This document shows, in pieces, positions 17,680 to 25,584 of a DNA stretch of 64,000 nucleotides; the first letter of the stretch is position 1; every line of letters begins with the position of its first letter. Origin of the DNA: Rhodospirillaceae bacterium (GTDB taxonomy: Bacteria > Pseudomonadota > Alphaproteobacteria > Rhodospirillales > Rhodospirillaceae). The DNA lies in assembly GCA_965229355.1 (NCBI GenBank), contig OZ245869.1:2078318-2142317 (forward strand). Direction: 5' to 3'. A program made the translations under genes and the position numbers. The notes under the pieces were generated by a model. It did no database searches. It had not been told where the DNA came from and was given only the letters and a program-made list of their open reading frames with translations.

Positions 17680-17978
17680 GACCCGCTCGCTTGTTCTGAC
17701 TTAATCGTGTCGATTACCTTCAGCACGTCCTCACGTCCCGCAAGTTTGTCAGCTGCTTTTTCTTCTCGCGCTTCGACCAACTGCGACGGATTTGCGTTCA
17801 GCGCTTTTGCGATGTCGACCATTTGATGGAGCAGCACGCGTTGGCGGCCGCTTTCAATATTTGTGATTGATGCGCGAGACAGAGACACGCGATTCGCGAG
17901 TTCTTCTTGGGTGATTTTTCGATTTTCGCGCAGCTCCTTCACCCGATTTCCGAATAGTTTATAAACGCGTTTTTCCAT
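17676..17978 (-). CDS. XRE-family helix-turn-helix repressor (CapH-like)
   Basis: 100 aa with the helix-turn-helix region ITQEELANRVSLSRASITNIESGRQ. It is divergent from the ubiquitin-like operon. Confidence 0.8.
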   Translation of the reverse strand: MEKRVYKLFGNRVKELRENRKITQEELANRVSLSRASITNIESGRQRVLLHQMVDIAKALNANPSQLVEAREEKAADKLAGREDVLKVIDTIKSEQASGS

Positions 17979-18058
17979 TGTGGCTCCCGGGGGTAGGCTT
18001 TTAAAGTTCTGATTTTAAATGATAATCTGGTTTGACAAGCCTTTCAATAAGGCTTTTA

Positions 18059-18103
18059 TTACAAACAGTTTGTAAAAGCGTTAATGAGGCAATGTTTGTA
18101 ATA
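18059..18103. promoter_or_regulatory. operator/promoter region of the Bil-like operon
   Basis: Perfect palindrome TTACAAAC-A-GTTTGTAA (18059-18075), then ATGTTTGTAATA (18092-18103) overlapping a TTGACA box (18104-18109). Confidence 0.55.
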
Positions 18104-18165
18104 TTGACATTTCGTTTTCGTTTGCATACGGTCACTCCATCGCAACTTACCGATAGGAGCTCCAA

Positions 18166-18657
18166 ATGGAAAAGCCGGATAGCAAGGAATTGGTGGAAAT
18201 CTTGTTCGCCCAAGAAGGCCATCGTGATCCGAAGGTGGATAAAGTTGGCTCTAAAGTCACGGTCAGTGACTTCTTGAAACACGTCACCCAGGGTGACCCC
18301 GCCGAGTTTGAGTTTTCGAGCGAAGATGCCAACGAACCGATCGGAAACGACCTCCTGATCGGTGATGTTGCCCGTCGCGGTGGCCAAGCTGTGTTCCACG
18401 TTTCGCGTCGCGGCCTCATCGCAGTTCATGTGACGTTCAACGGCCGCGTTATCAGCAAAGACTTCCGCCCGAACGTGACGATGAACACGATTGTGATTTG
18501 GGCAATGCGTGAACTCCGTCTCGACGGCGTGCCATCGGACTACCAACTCAAATACCGCGACCAGCTTTTGCCCCCGGGTGATCACTTGGGGCAAATCACG
18601 CATGGCGCCAAGGAAATCAAGCTCACTCTTGTCATGAAGATTAAGCCGCAGGGGTAA
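18166..18657 (+). CDS. bilA: tandem ubiquitin-like (beta-grasp) protein ending in Gly (BilA-like)
   Basis: 163 aa, enough for two beta-grasp-sized halves. The C-terminus is ...MKIKPQG followed directly by the stop codon. AGGAG lies 7 nt before the ATG, and the E2-like gene starts 3 nt downstream. Confidence 0.75.
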   Translation: MEKPDSKELVEILFAQEGHRDPKVDKVGSKVTVSDFLKHVTQGDPAEFEFSSEDANEPIGNDLLIGDVARRGGQAVFHVSRRGLIAVHVTFNGRVISKDFRPNVTMNTIVIWAMRELRLDGVPSDYQLKYRDQLLPPGDHLGQITHGAKEIKLTLVMKIKPQG

Positions 18658-18660
18658 ATC

Positions 18661-19173
18661 ATGAGCTTGGACGAAACTGCATTGAACGCCTCGATCGCGA
18701 GTTCGAGTTTTCGGATCGGGGTGGCGCGTAGCAAATGGCGGCACGTGAAAACTGATTTCCCTCACGTGTACTTCCAAATTGCTCTGCCGAAAAATAAACC
18801 GGGTCCAGAATGGGTTCTCATTCGGGTCAAGTGCGATGGCTTTCCAGCCATCGCGCCTACTGCTCAGCTTTGGGACGCCCGCACAAACGCGGCACTGCCT
18901 GACAACCTCCGCCCCTTTGGTGCTACGGGGTTGCTGATCCAGTTCTCAGCCTGGGGAGCATGTCTCTATCACCCGATTGACCGTGTCGCCCGCGACCATT
19001 GGCCTGGCAAATTCCAGGAACTGGTGTGGTTGCCAGGCTCATCCATCGCTGCATTTTTGGAAGTGGTTCATGATCTCTGCAATGATTCGGCGTATGTCCG
19101 CTGCGATGCGCCCGCAGCAGCGGCTGAAATGCAACAAGTTCCTCTGGAAGAAATTGCTGCTCAAGCTGCGTGA
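18661..19173 (+). CDS. bilB: E2-like ubiquitin-conjugating protein (BilB-like)
   Basis: 170 aa. The candidate active site is FSAWGACLYHPIDR. It sits between the ubiquitin-like and JAB genes. Confidence 0.65.
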   Translation: MSLDETALNASIASSSFRIGVARSKWRHVKTDFPHVYFQIALPKNKPGPEWVLIRVKCDGFPAIAPTAQLWDARTNAALPDNLRPFGATGLLIQFSAWGACLYHPIDRVARDHWPGKFQELVWLPGSSIAAFLEVVHDLCNDSAYVRCDAPAAAAEMQQVPLEEIAAQAA

Positions 19174-19576
19174 ACGCGGGCAAGGGCGCCAGGAAAGCGG
19201 TGCTTTTTTGCTGGGTCGCGAGATTGATGGCGTTCGGGTCATTGAAGATTTCATTCTTTATGACGACGTCGATCCGAACGCCTTGCGCGGTATCATCATG
19301 TTTGATGGCTCCAAAATGGATAAGGTTTGGCAACGCTGCGAAGCCACTGGACTACAAGTGGTTGCGGATGTGCACACTCATCCATACGGATATCAGCAAA
19401 GCCACATCGATCAAGCGAACCCGATGATTCCACAATCAGGGCACATCGCGATGATCGTTCCCAATTTTGCTCAGCAGTTGTTCGGCCCCGAGCAAGTCGG
19501 CATTTTCGAGTACCGGGGTAAGGGGCGCTGGAAAGATCACAGCGCCACGCGGTATCTCGCATTGTCATGGTGGTAA
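19106..19576 (+). CDS. bilC: JAB/JAMM metallo-isopeptidase (BilC-like); start uncertain
   Basis: JAMM motif ESGAFLLG ... DVHTHPYGYQQSHIDQ. In-frame starts at 19094, 19106 or 19154 all overlap the E2 gene's 3' end. Confidence 0.75.
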   Translation: MRPQQRLKCNKFLWKKLLLKLRERGQGRQESGAFLLGREIDGVRVIEDFILYDDVDPNALRGIIMFDGSKMDKVWQRCEATGLQVVADVHTHPYGYQQSHIDQANPMIPQSGHIAMIVPNFAQQLFGPEQVGIFEYRGKGRWKDHSATRYLALSWW

Positions 19577-19577
19577 A

Positions 19578-20885
19578 ATGAATCATCCCCTCTTCAGCGA
19601 CCGCCCTGCTCAAGCGCTCATGGCGCGAGACCAGGATCTCGACTACGCATCCGCGCGCCTTAAGTTGGAAACGGCATCCGTGGTATTGACCGTGGATGAT
19701 GAGATGTCGGACTGGCATCAGGCAGCGCTGATTGCGTTCGTCGCCTGCGGATCGCGGATGTTCCAGGGCGGCGTATTTTTACAAGATTTTCCTGACGCGG
19801 CCACGCGCGTTGGCCATCAGCAGCGCCTCTCGATTACTCGTGTACTGATCCGAGGTGGCGCCAGGCCAGGGCAGCGCCCACCTGGGGCTCTTCGTATTCA
19901 CTTTGGATCTAAGGGAAGTGCCGACCTTTACGTGCAGTGTGAAGGTTGGACCGCGCATGTCGGACCCATTCCCATCGAAACGACAGGTCACTCAAACAGT
20001 AACGTGGTCGTCGGCGCGTTCGCGGCGGCGCTCGGCGCGACGGCTGCATTTCGTCAACTGATCTTCAATGACGTTCGAGCCTCTAGATTTCAGCAGTCGC
20101 ACAAGTTGATGACCTCTGATGAAGTGGATCAAAGTGGAACAATTACAGCCTTACCAAAGCATCTGTGGTTGCTAGGGGCTGGCAACTTGGGCCAGGCGGT
20201 GCTGATGATTCTCGGTCTGTTGCCGTGGAAGGATTGCGAAGACTTCCACTTGCACATCAACGACGGGGACATCGTTGGGCCAGAAAATGTAATGGTCCAA
20301 GTGCTCACACAATCGAATTGGATTGGCTCCAAAAAAGCGCGTGTTGTTGCGAGTTGGGCGGAGGCACAGGGCTTTAAAACGAGTATCGATGAGCGCTTAT
20401 TTGGCTCATATACCCATCCCATGCCATACGAGCCACGCGTAGCTCTGGTATGCGTCGATAACGTGGACGCACGACGCGCTGCCTCCATGGCCGGGTTTGA
20501 CTTGGTGATTGATGGCGGTCTTGGCGCCACAGCTGCTGATCTGTTTGATTTACGTGTTCATGCGTTCCCGAGTGACCTTGATATTGACCGCATCTGGCCA
20601 TTGGACACTACCTCCGCTGTCAGCGAACTTCCTGCCAACCTGAAAGCTATGGTTGGACAAGGGCAACTTGATGACTGCGGCGCAACAACGATTGCGGGCA
20701 AAAGCGTGGGCGTACCTTCGACCGCAATGGCGTGCGCGGCGTTGCAAGTCGCACAGTTATTGTCAGTTCTAATGACGGGACGTTGCGCCAAGACGGTTGA
20801 TGCAAGCCTTGCCGACATAAAGCGGGCACACGCTGTTATGATGGCCGACGATACGCGCGTTCATTTGGCGCGGTTGAGTTGTTAG
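19578..20885 (+). CDS. bilD: E1-like adenylating enzyme, ThiF/MoeB fold (BilD-like)
   Basis: Rossmann motif LLGAGNLGQAVLMILG. 435 aa from the ATG at 19578, 1 nt after the JAB stop codon. Confidence 0.75.
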   Translation: MNHPLFSDRPAQALMARDQDLDYASARLKLETASVVLTVDDEMSDWHQAALIAFVACGSRMFQGGVFLQDFPDAATRVGHQQRLSITRVLIRGGARPGQRPPGALRIHFGSKGSADLYVQCEGWTAHVGPIPIETTGHSNSNVVVGAFAAALGATAAFRQLIFNDVRASRFQQSHKLMTSDEVDQSGTITALPKHLWLLGAGNLGQAVLMILGLLPWKDCEDFHLHINDGDIVGPENVMVQVLTQSNWIGSKKARVVASWAEAQGFKTSIDERLFGSYTHPMPYEPRVALVCVDNVDARRAASMAGFDLVIDGGLGATAADLFDLRVHAFPSDLDIDRIWPLDTTSAVSELPANLKAMVGQGQLDDCGATTIAGKSVGVPSTAMACAALQVAQLLSVLMTGRCAKTVDASLADIKRAHAVMMADDTRVHLARLSC

Positions 20886-22567
20886 CGCGGATATCTGCAG
20901 CGGCCACGGTACTCGCCGTCTGACTCGAAGAAGATGCACTCAAGGTCAAATTCTTTGGCAGGCTCAATGATGTCGTCTTCTACGTGCGCGCGTGCCTCGG
21001 CCTCATTACGGTGCACGACAATGTGAGGTAGATGCGCCATGAGCAAGTCACTGCTCGGATTGCTGCTGCTTGTGGCGTTCAGCACCATGTGACCAATGAC
21101 ATTTCTTGCTTGACCGTCCTCGGGCAGCGAGTTCTTGCGCAAGATAAGCTCCGTGACCCAAACGAAGTGCGGTAACGCTCGATCAATGAGGCCCGCTTTA
21201 ACGTCATCGCTCAAATTTGTCTCTGCGATGTGGCGGCGATATTTGCCGGCGGTCGTCAGATAAGTTCGTTGAACCAATTCGCCGGCAGCAAATAAATCCA
21301 AGAAAGCATTAATGAAGGGCAGGATGTGTGCCTTCTTCTCTTGGATCCTTGCAATCAGCTCCGGGTCATTGTTGGTGGCCAATTTTTCAAGGTAATCACG
21401 AACCACCAAGTTTGCGCGGTCTGCACTGATTAACACGCGGTTCGGTAACGCGACAAACATGTGGGACACTGCTTGGTCCACAGTCAGAATTTTACCGTGG
21501 TCATTGAGCAGTCGGTCTTTTGGCAAGTGCTCGATGTCTTTTTCTGTCAGAGGCATATAGCGGTACGGACCACGCTGATCATCATGAACGATCAATGCTC
21601 GCACAAAGCAATCATAGGAACTGCCCTCGCGGACGGCGCCACCACGATCTTCGATATATCCTACCGCCGTTATTGCATGTTCTATGTCGTCCAGCGCGAG
21701 TACGACACCCAAGCCCCCATCGATGTAGCGCAAGATTGTTTCAGCGGCCTCTGGTGACGGAGCCGCAATTTTCGCCGCCTCCAATGCTGGTCCAGATTTC
21801 AATCGCGCTGATTCGAGGCGCTCTTGATCGCGGAACAAGTAATACAAAGGTTGGTGGCCCATACCACGCAGCGCTCTGATGATATGCAGTGGATTGAGGC
21901 CAGCTGACCCCGCCGGTAGTGATTGGCTTAAGGCTACATCCGTCGGTGTCGTGGCGTGCTGCGTGATTTCGGTGACGGAGTGCCATGTCGCTCGGGGATA
22001 ACGAAGATGGATCGGTCGTGCTGCCATCCAGATTGCTGCCTGCGCACAGGCGCCGACGCGCGTATCTTGCTGGATAAACGGTGCAACGTCCGGAATCGAG
22101 AATGTGTGGCCGCGCAGCTGTGCTGAAATTCCAGCGCGCGCTCCAGCGCGAACGACGTAACTGTCCGTACTAGCAGGGTACGGCAGATTAGTTCGCCCGA
22201 TTGGGCCCTGGCCGATGGGGCGCACGACGAGAAATCCAAGATATTCTGTTTTCTTAAACTCTGCTGATTGCTCAGCAAGTGGCTTGCCGACGATCGCGCT
22301 CACATCGGCCTTGAAGAAGTGCACACGTTTCGTAAACCGCGGGTACTCGTGAAATGCGGTAGCGTAGAAGCTCCAATAATCAGTCGAGTAATCGAGATCG
22401 GTGTATGGATATTCGACGATGGCGTAAGTGGCGCCAATGTCTTTTAGGTGCTCAACAATCGCTGACGCGCAAACGCTTGAGCCTCCTTCCTTAAGGCCGA
22501 CAAACAGTGCGCGAATGATGTTAAAGCCGTCGGGATCTAGAGCGATCCCCTTGATTTCGATGCGCAT
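20882..22567 (-). CDS. 561-aa hypothetical protein with a putative papain-like cysteine-peptidase core
   Basis: FIQQDTRVGACAQAAIWMA (Gln then Cys) and about 120 aa later DDIEHAITAVGY...HDD (His then Asp) resemble a C39/papain-fold arrangement. Its stop codon overlaps the bilD stop. Confidence 0.45.
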   Translation of the reverse strand: MRIEIKGIALDPDGFNIIRALFVGLKEGGSSVCASAIVEHLKDIGATYAIVEYPYTDLDYSTDYWSFYATAFHEYPRFTKRVHFFKADVSAIVGKPLAEQSAEFKKTEYLGFLVVRPIGQGPIGRTNLPYPASTDSYVVRAGARAGISAQLRGHTFSIPDVAPFIQQDTRVGACAQAAIWMAARPIHLRYPRATWHSVTEITQHATTPTDVALSQSLPAGSAGLNPLHIIRALRGMGHQPLYYLFRDQERLESARLKSGPALEAAKIAAPSPEAAETILRYIDGGLGVVLALDDIEHAITAVGYIEDRGGAVREGSSYDCFVRALIVHDDQRGPYRYMPLTEKDIEHLPKDRLLNDHGKILTVDQAVSHMFVALPNRVLISADRANLVVRDYLEKLATNNDPELIARIQEKKAHILPFINAFLDLFAAGELVQRTYLTTAGKYRRHIAETNLSDDVKAGLIDRALPHFVWVTELILRKNSLPEDGQARNVIGHMVLNATSSSNPSSDLLMAHLPHIVVHRNEAEARAHVEDDIIEPAKEFDLECIFFESDGEYRGRCRYPR

Positions 22568-22632
22568 ACGCTTCTCAGTGGGGCGGTATTTTCCCTACCT
22601 TAAGGCGCAAACTGCGGAATCTCTAGTGGCTA

Positions 22633-22857
22633 TCAGCGGATAGCAAAAATCGACGCTGTGGCGATCACCAAGCTCGCGCGCTTTTCTTTGCGCGCAATTT
22701 CTTTCAGGCCATTTTCCGTTACGTAACCAAACGTGCCAGAAGAACTGAGCTTCACGGTGTTGTCCGCGAGCTCGGTGCGTTTAGGGTTCAGCGTTTGAAC
22801 CTTTTTTTGATCGGGCATTTGCGACGCATTTTCAGTGTTGGTTTTGTCGGGGCACAT
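22633..22857 (-). CDS. possible small tail-anchored protein (weak)
   Basis: 74-aa ORF upstream of 20882..22567 on the same strand. It has a hydrophobic C-terminus (ASLVIATASIFAI) and no clear RBS. Confidence 0.25.
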   Translation of the reverse strand: MCPDKTNTENASQMPDQKKVQTLNPKRTELADNTVKLSSSGTFGYVTENGLKEIARKEKRASLVIATASIFAIR

Positions 22858-23007
22858 CGATCTCTTGCCTTGTGAAAAAGGGGGAAAACTCGAGTACCGC
22901 GCGCATTCATGGCATTACTTGCGCGCACCGTACAATCGCCAACTTTAAGAAGTGGTTGATCGTAATGCTGAATTTGAACGCTTGTAGTGAGCGACACGTT
23001 CCAAATA

Positions 23008-23143
23008 AATATGTTTACAATGCAAACATATTCAAGCGGCAAAAACCCGAGATCTCAATTTTACCTCATTTTGCAGGGTTCTTTTAGACGCTGATAACGT
23101 GAGTAATAGGGTATAACGTTAGTGATATGTTTGTAATACAAAC
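23008..23143. promoter_or_regulatory. two palindromes sharing the GTTTGTAA half-site of the Bil operator
   Basis: AATATGTTT-N7-AAACATATT (23008-23032) and GTTTGTA-A-TACAAAC (23129-23143). ATGTTTGTAATA at 23127-23138 is identical to 18092-18103. Confidence 0.5.
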
Positions 23144-23360
23144 CTAGCAACGGCCTTGACCACGCAACCACTTTTTTTGCGAGTAAGTCGCCAAACGAGC
23201 AATTTTGATGTCGCGTGTGGTCCTCAACGCGAGATTTTCGGTTCGACGCGATGCGGCGCGAGTCTGGCAGTGCTGTAAAATTCATCCGGACGCTATCGGT
23301 GCGCGCTCTATTCGCACTGATTTCAAAAGCCTTACTCGTTCGAACTGTGAATTCGCGTCG

Positions 23361-23768
23361 CTATGCCGCGGCCGCTGACAGCGCTTCGATGATGCGGCAG
23401 TCCTTGATATTGCCACCTTTACACTGCCTGATGACACGCTTCAGTTCGTGAGCTAAGCGCGAAAGGTCTGCAACTTTCTGTTCCACATCGGCCAGATGCG
23501 TTCGAGCGATATCATCGACTGTGCAGCAGTCGTTGGTACCCGTTTCGGTCATGTTGAGCAGATCGCGTATTTGTTGAAGTGTGAAGCCGAGTGACCGTGC
23601 TCTCCGCACGAATGACAGCCGCTCCAAATGCTGCTGACCGTAGGCTCTGTAGTTACCTTTGGTGCGCGGCGGCGCCGGCAATATTCCCATGCCTTCATAG
23701 TATCTGATCGTCACAACCTTTGTGTCTGTGCGCTTGGCGAGTTCACCAATCGTAAAAGGAGCGTCCAT
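23361..23768 (-). CDS. MerR-family heavy-metal-responsive regulator (ZntR/CadR-like)
   Basis: The N-terminal helix-turn-helix is FTIGELAKRTDTKVVTIRYYEGMGIL. C-terminal Cys residues (NDCCTV, RQCKGGNIKDC) could bind metal. Confidence 0.85.
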   Translation of the reverse strand: MDAPFTIGELAKRTDTKVVTIRYYEGMGILPAPPRTKGNYRAYGQQHLERLSFVRRARSLGFTLQQIRDLLNMTETGTNDCCTVDDIARTHLADVEQKVADLSRLAHELKRVIRQCKGGNIKDCRIIEALSAAAA

Positions 23769-23771
23769 GGC

Positions 23772-23804
23772 TTGACCCTATAGTTCCTATAGACCTCATA
23801 TTAC
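23772..23804 (+). promoter_or_regulatory. MerR-type promoter with a 19-bp spacer
   Basis: TTGACC (23772-23777), dyad CTATAG-TTC-CTATAG (23778-23792), CATATT (23797-23802). It lies between merR-like (-) and the CDF gene (+). Confidence 0.7.
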
Positions 23805-23833
23805 CCGTAAATACGCAAAATCACGAGGTCCCC

Positions 23834-24475
23834 ATGGGCGCAAGTTGTTGCGGCGGTACGCCGCCCAAGATCGAAATAAAGCACGACGAAAAATACCGCC
23901 GCATACTTTGGATCGTGCTGGCTATCAACGCAGCCATGTTTGTCGCTGAGATCACAGCAGGGATGCTTGCGGGCTCCGTATCGTTGCAGGCAGACGCTCT
24001 CGACTTTCTCGGCGACGCAGCAAATTACGGGATCAGCTTGTTCGTGATTGGAATGTCGCTGCGGTATCGCGCAACGGCGGCGCTCATCAAAGGCGTATCG
24101 ATGGGAGTATTTGGGTTCTGGGTCACAGGCTCGACGTTGGTCCAGCTTGCCAACGGTGCCGTTCCACAAGCTGAGACGATGGGTGTCGTGGGCGCGGTCG
24201 CATTGTTGGCGAACGTCGCGTGTTTTGGCCTTTTGTGGGCCTACCGCAACGGGGATTCAAATATGCGTTCAGTATGGATTTGCTCGCGAAACGATGCACT
24301 CGGCAATGTCGCGGTTCTATTCGCAGCAGCCGGTGTGTTTGGCACTCAACAAGGATGGCCAGATATTCTGGTCGCCGGAGTGATGGCTGCGTTAGCGCTG
24401 CAAGGTGCGTGGATTACTATTCGTGCTGCGACGATGGAATTAAAAGAGCCGGAGGCCCAGGCCTCCGGCTCTTAA
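23834..24475 (+). CDS. cation-diffusion-facilitator transporter, short form (membrane domain only)
   Basis: AEITAGMLAGSVSLQADALDFLGD matches the CDF TM2 signature. At 213 aa it has no cytoplasmic C-terminal domain. Confidence 0.8.
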   Translation: MGASCCGGTPPKIEIKHDEKYRRILWIVLAINAAMFVAEITAGMLAGSVSLQADALDFLGDAANYGISLFVIGMSLRYRATAALIKGVSMGVFGFWVTGSTLVQLANGAVPQAETMGVVGAVALLANVACFGLLWAYRNGDSNMRSVWICSRNDALGNVAVLFAAAGVFGTQQGWPDILVAGVMAALALQGAWITIRAATMELKEPEAQASGS

Positions 24476-24487
24476 TTCCGTTTTACC

Positions 24488-24592
24488 TTAGCAGGGGCAA
24501 ATCGGGCAGATCATCGACAACGTGTTCACGACGTCGGCCATTGCTGTGCCGGCCATCAGAACGCCTGTCAAAGCGAGAGCTAATACTTTCAT
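24488..24592 (-). CDS. 34-aa secreted Cys-rich peptide (not in the ORF track)
   Basis: MKVLALALTGVLMAGTAMA/DVVNTLSMICPICPC. A strong SD (AAGGGAGG) ends about 6 nt before the ATG. It lies downstream of the HXXEE gene on the same strand. Confidence 0.5.
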   Translation of the reverse strand: MKVLALALTGVLMAGTAMADVVNTLSMICPICPC

Positions 24593-24690
24593 AGAAACCT
24601 CCCTTTGTAGTTTGAGCCTGCTCACAATACGCGAAAATATGACCGTATGGTCAGTTTTCTAAAGGGGACCGCAGTTCGGTCGCTTTTGGC

Positions 24691-25254
24691 TTAGCTGGCG
24701 GCCCAGCAGGGCATTTTAAGGCGAATGAGACCCCACCAAGCCGCCGGTACCAGGGGCACAACAGTCGCCATACCAGGGAAGTAGCCGTAGGGGCTGCCGG
24801 TAAAAAGCGGGAATGCGAAATGAGCCAATTCGATGACGCCCATGGACGTGAAGAAAGTCCAGGCTAGAAACCAACCGAACTCACGACCTCGCTTCATCAA
24901 GTACGGGATCAGCAGCCACGCGCCTGACAAAGCGTAAAGGGCAAAAACCATCGGCGAACTGGTGTCCGGCATTGGCACGCCAGTAATTTTTGAAAGAGCA
25001 GGGAAGAAGTCCATGTAGCGCTCTTCGATTTTGTGAAGTGCGAAGAATAGAAGCGTAATCCAATACGCCGTTCGAATGCGCTCGAAGCGTGCGTGTGCAG
25101 GGACAACAACCCACAAAATGAATCCGCCAACAAAGCCCAGCGTGAAGAGCAGTGCTGGCAAAAGTCCAAGCATCAAGTAACCAAGAACAACGACTGCGCC
25201 AGTGTAAGTAGCTGCGCCAGCAACTGTGAAAGATCGCTTCACGGCAATGACCAA
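24691..25254 (-). CDS. HXXEE-domain membrane protein
   Basis: Polytopic, 187 aa, with FALHKIEERYMDFF (HXXEE motif). Confidence 0.7.
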   Translation of the reverse strand: MVIAVKRSFTVAGAATYTGAVVVLGYLMLGLLPALLFTLGFVGGFILWVVVPAHARFERIRTAYWITLLFFALHKIEERYMDFFPALSKITGVPMPDTSSPMVFALYALSGAWLLIPYLMKRGREFGWFLAWTFFTSMGVIELAHFAFPLFTGSPYGYFPGMATVVPLVPAAWWGLIRLKMPCWAAS

Positions 25255-25584
25255 GGGTTATGTTTCACGCCACTCACAGTTAATCCGGCCGTGAGATTTA
25301 AATACAACGGATGAGGATGCCTGGGGTTCACACTGCGTCCAAAGTAACTGTTTGAGCCAGGCGTCAACATAGGAAGCGGCACGAAAAATTGTTATTTGTA
25401 TAAGATGGCACTGGCTGATCAGTTGCGCCCGCGCCCGCGCATGAAAGTTAACGAGTGACAAAGCGATGAGCGCTCAACGGTTTACGATACATGAGGCCAC
25501 ATCACTCGATGCGTCCAGTGTCCGAAACACGGTGTTACAAACCCGCGCTTGCGCTTTTTTTCGAAGCAGCCCTATATAAACGCT

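Noticed and set aside
18001-18777. 258-aa ORF on the minus strand, the largest ORF in this interval.
   Set aside because: It lies antisense to the promoter, the Ubl gene and the 5' end of the E2 gene. It has no RBS and no recognisable motifs. The plus-strand genes have an RBS, tight coupling and clear domain signatures.
22872-23285. Small ORFs 22872..23087 (+), 22788..23042 (-) and 23061..23285 (-) in the 800-bp gap.
   Set aside because: They overlap each other, lack an RBS and have low-complexity composition. The palindromic operator-like sites explain the region better.
24220-24594. 124-aa plus-strand ORF overlapping the end of the CDF gene and the small-peptide locus.
   Set aside because: It overlaps the well-supported CDF gene out of frame, is Arg/Cys/Ser-rich, and has no RBS. 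The minus-strand 34-aa ORF has a strong SD and a signal peptide.
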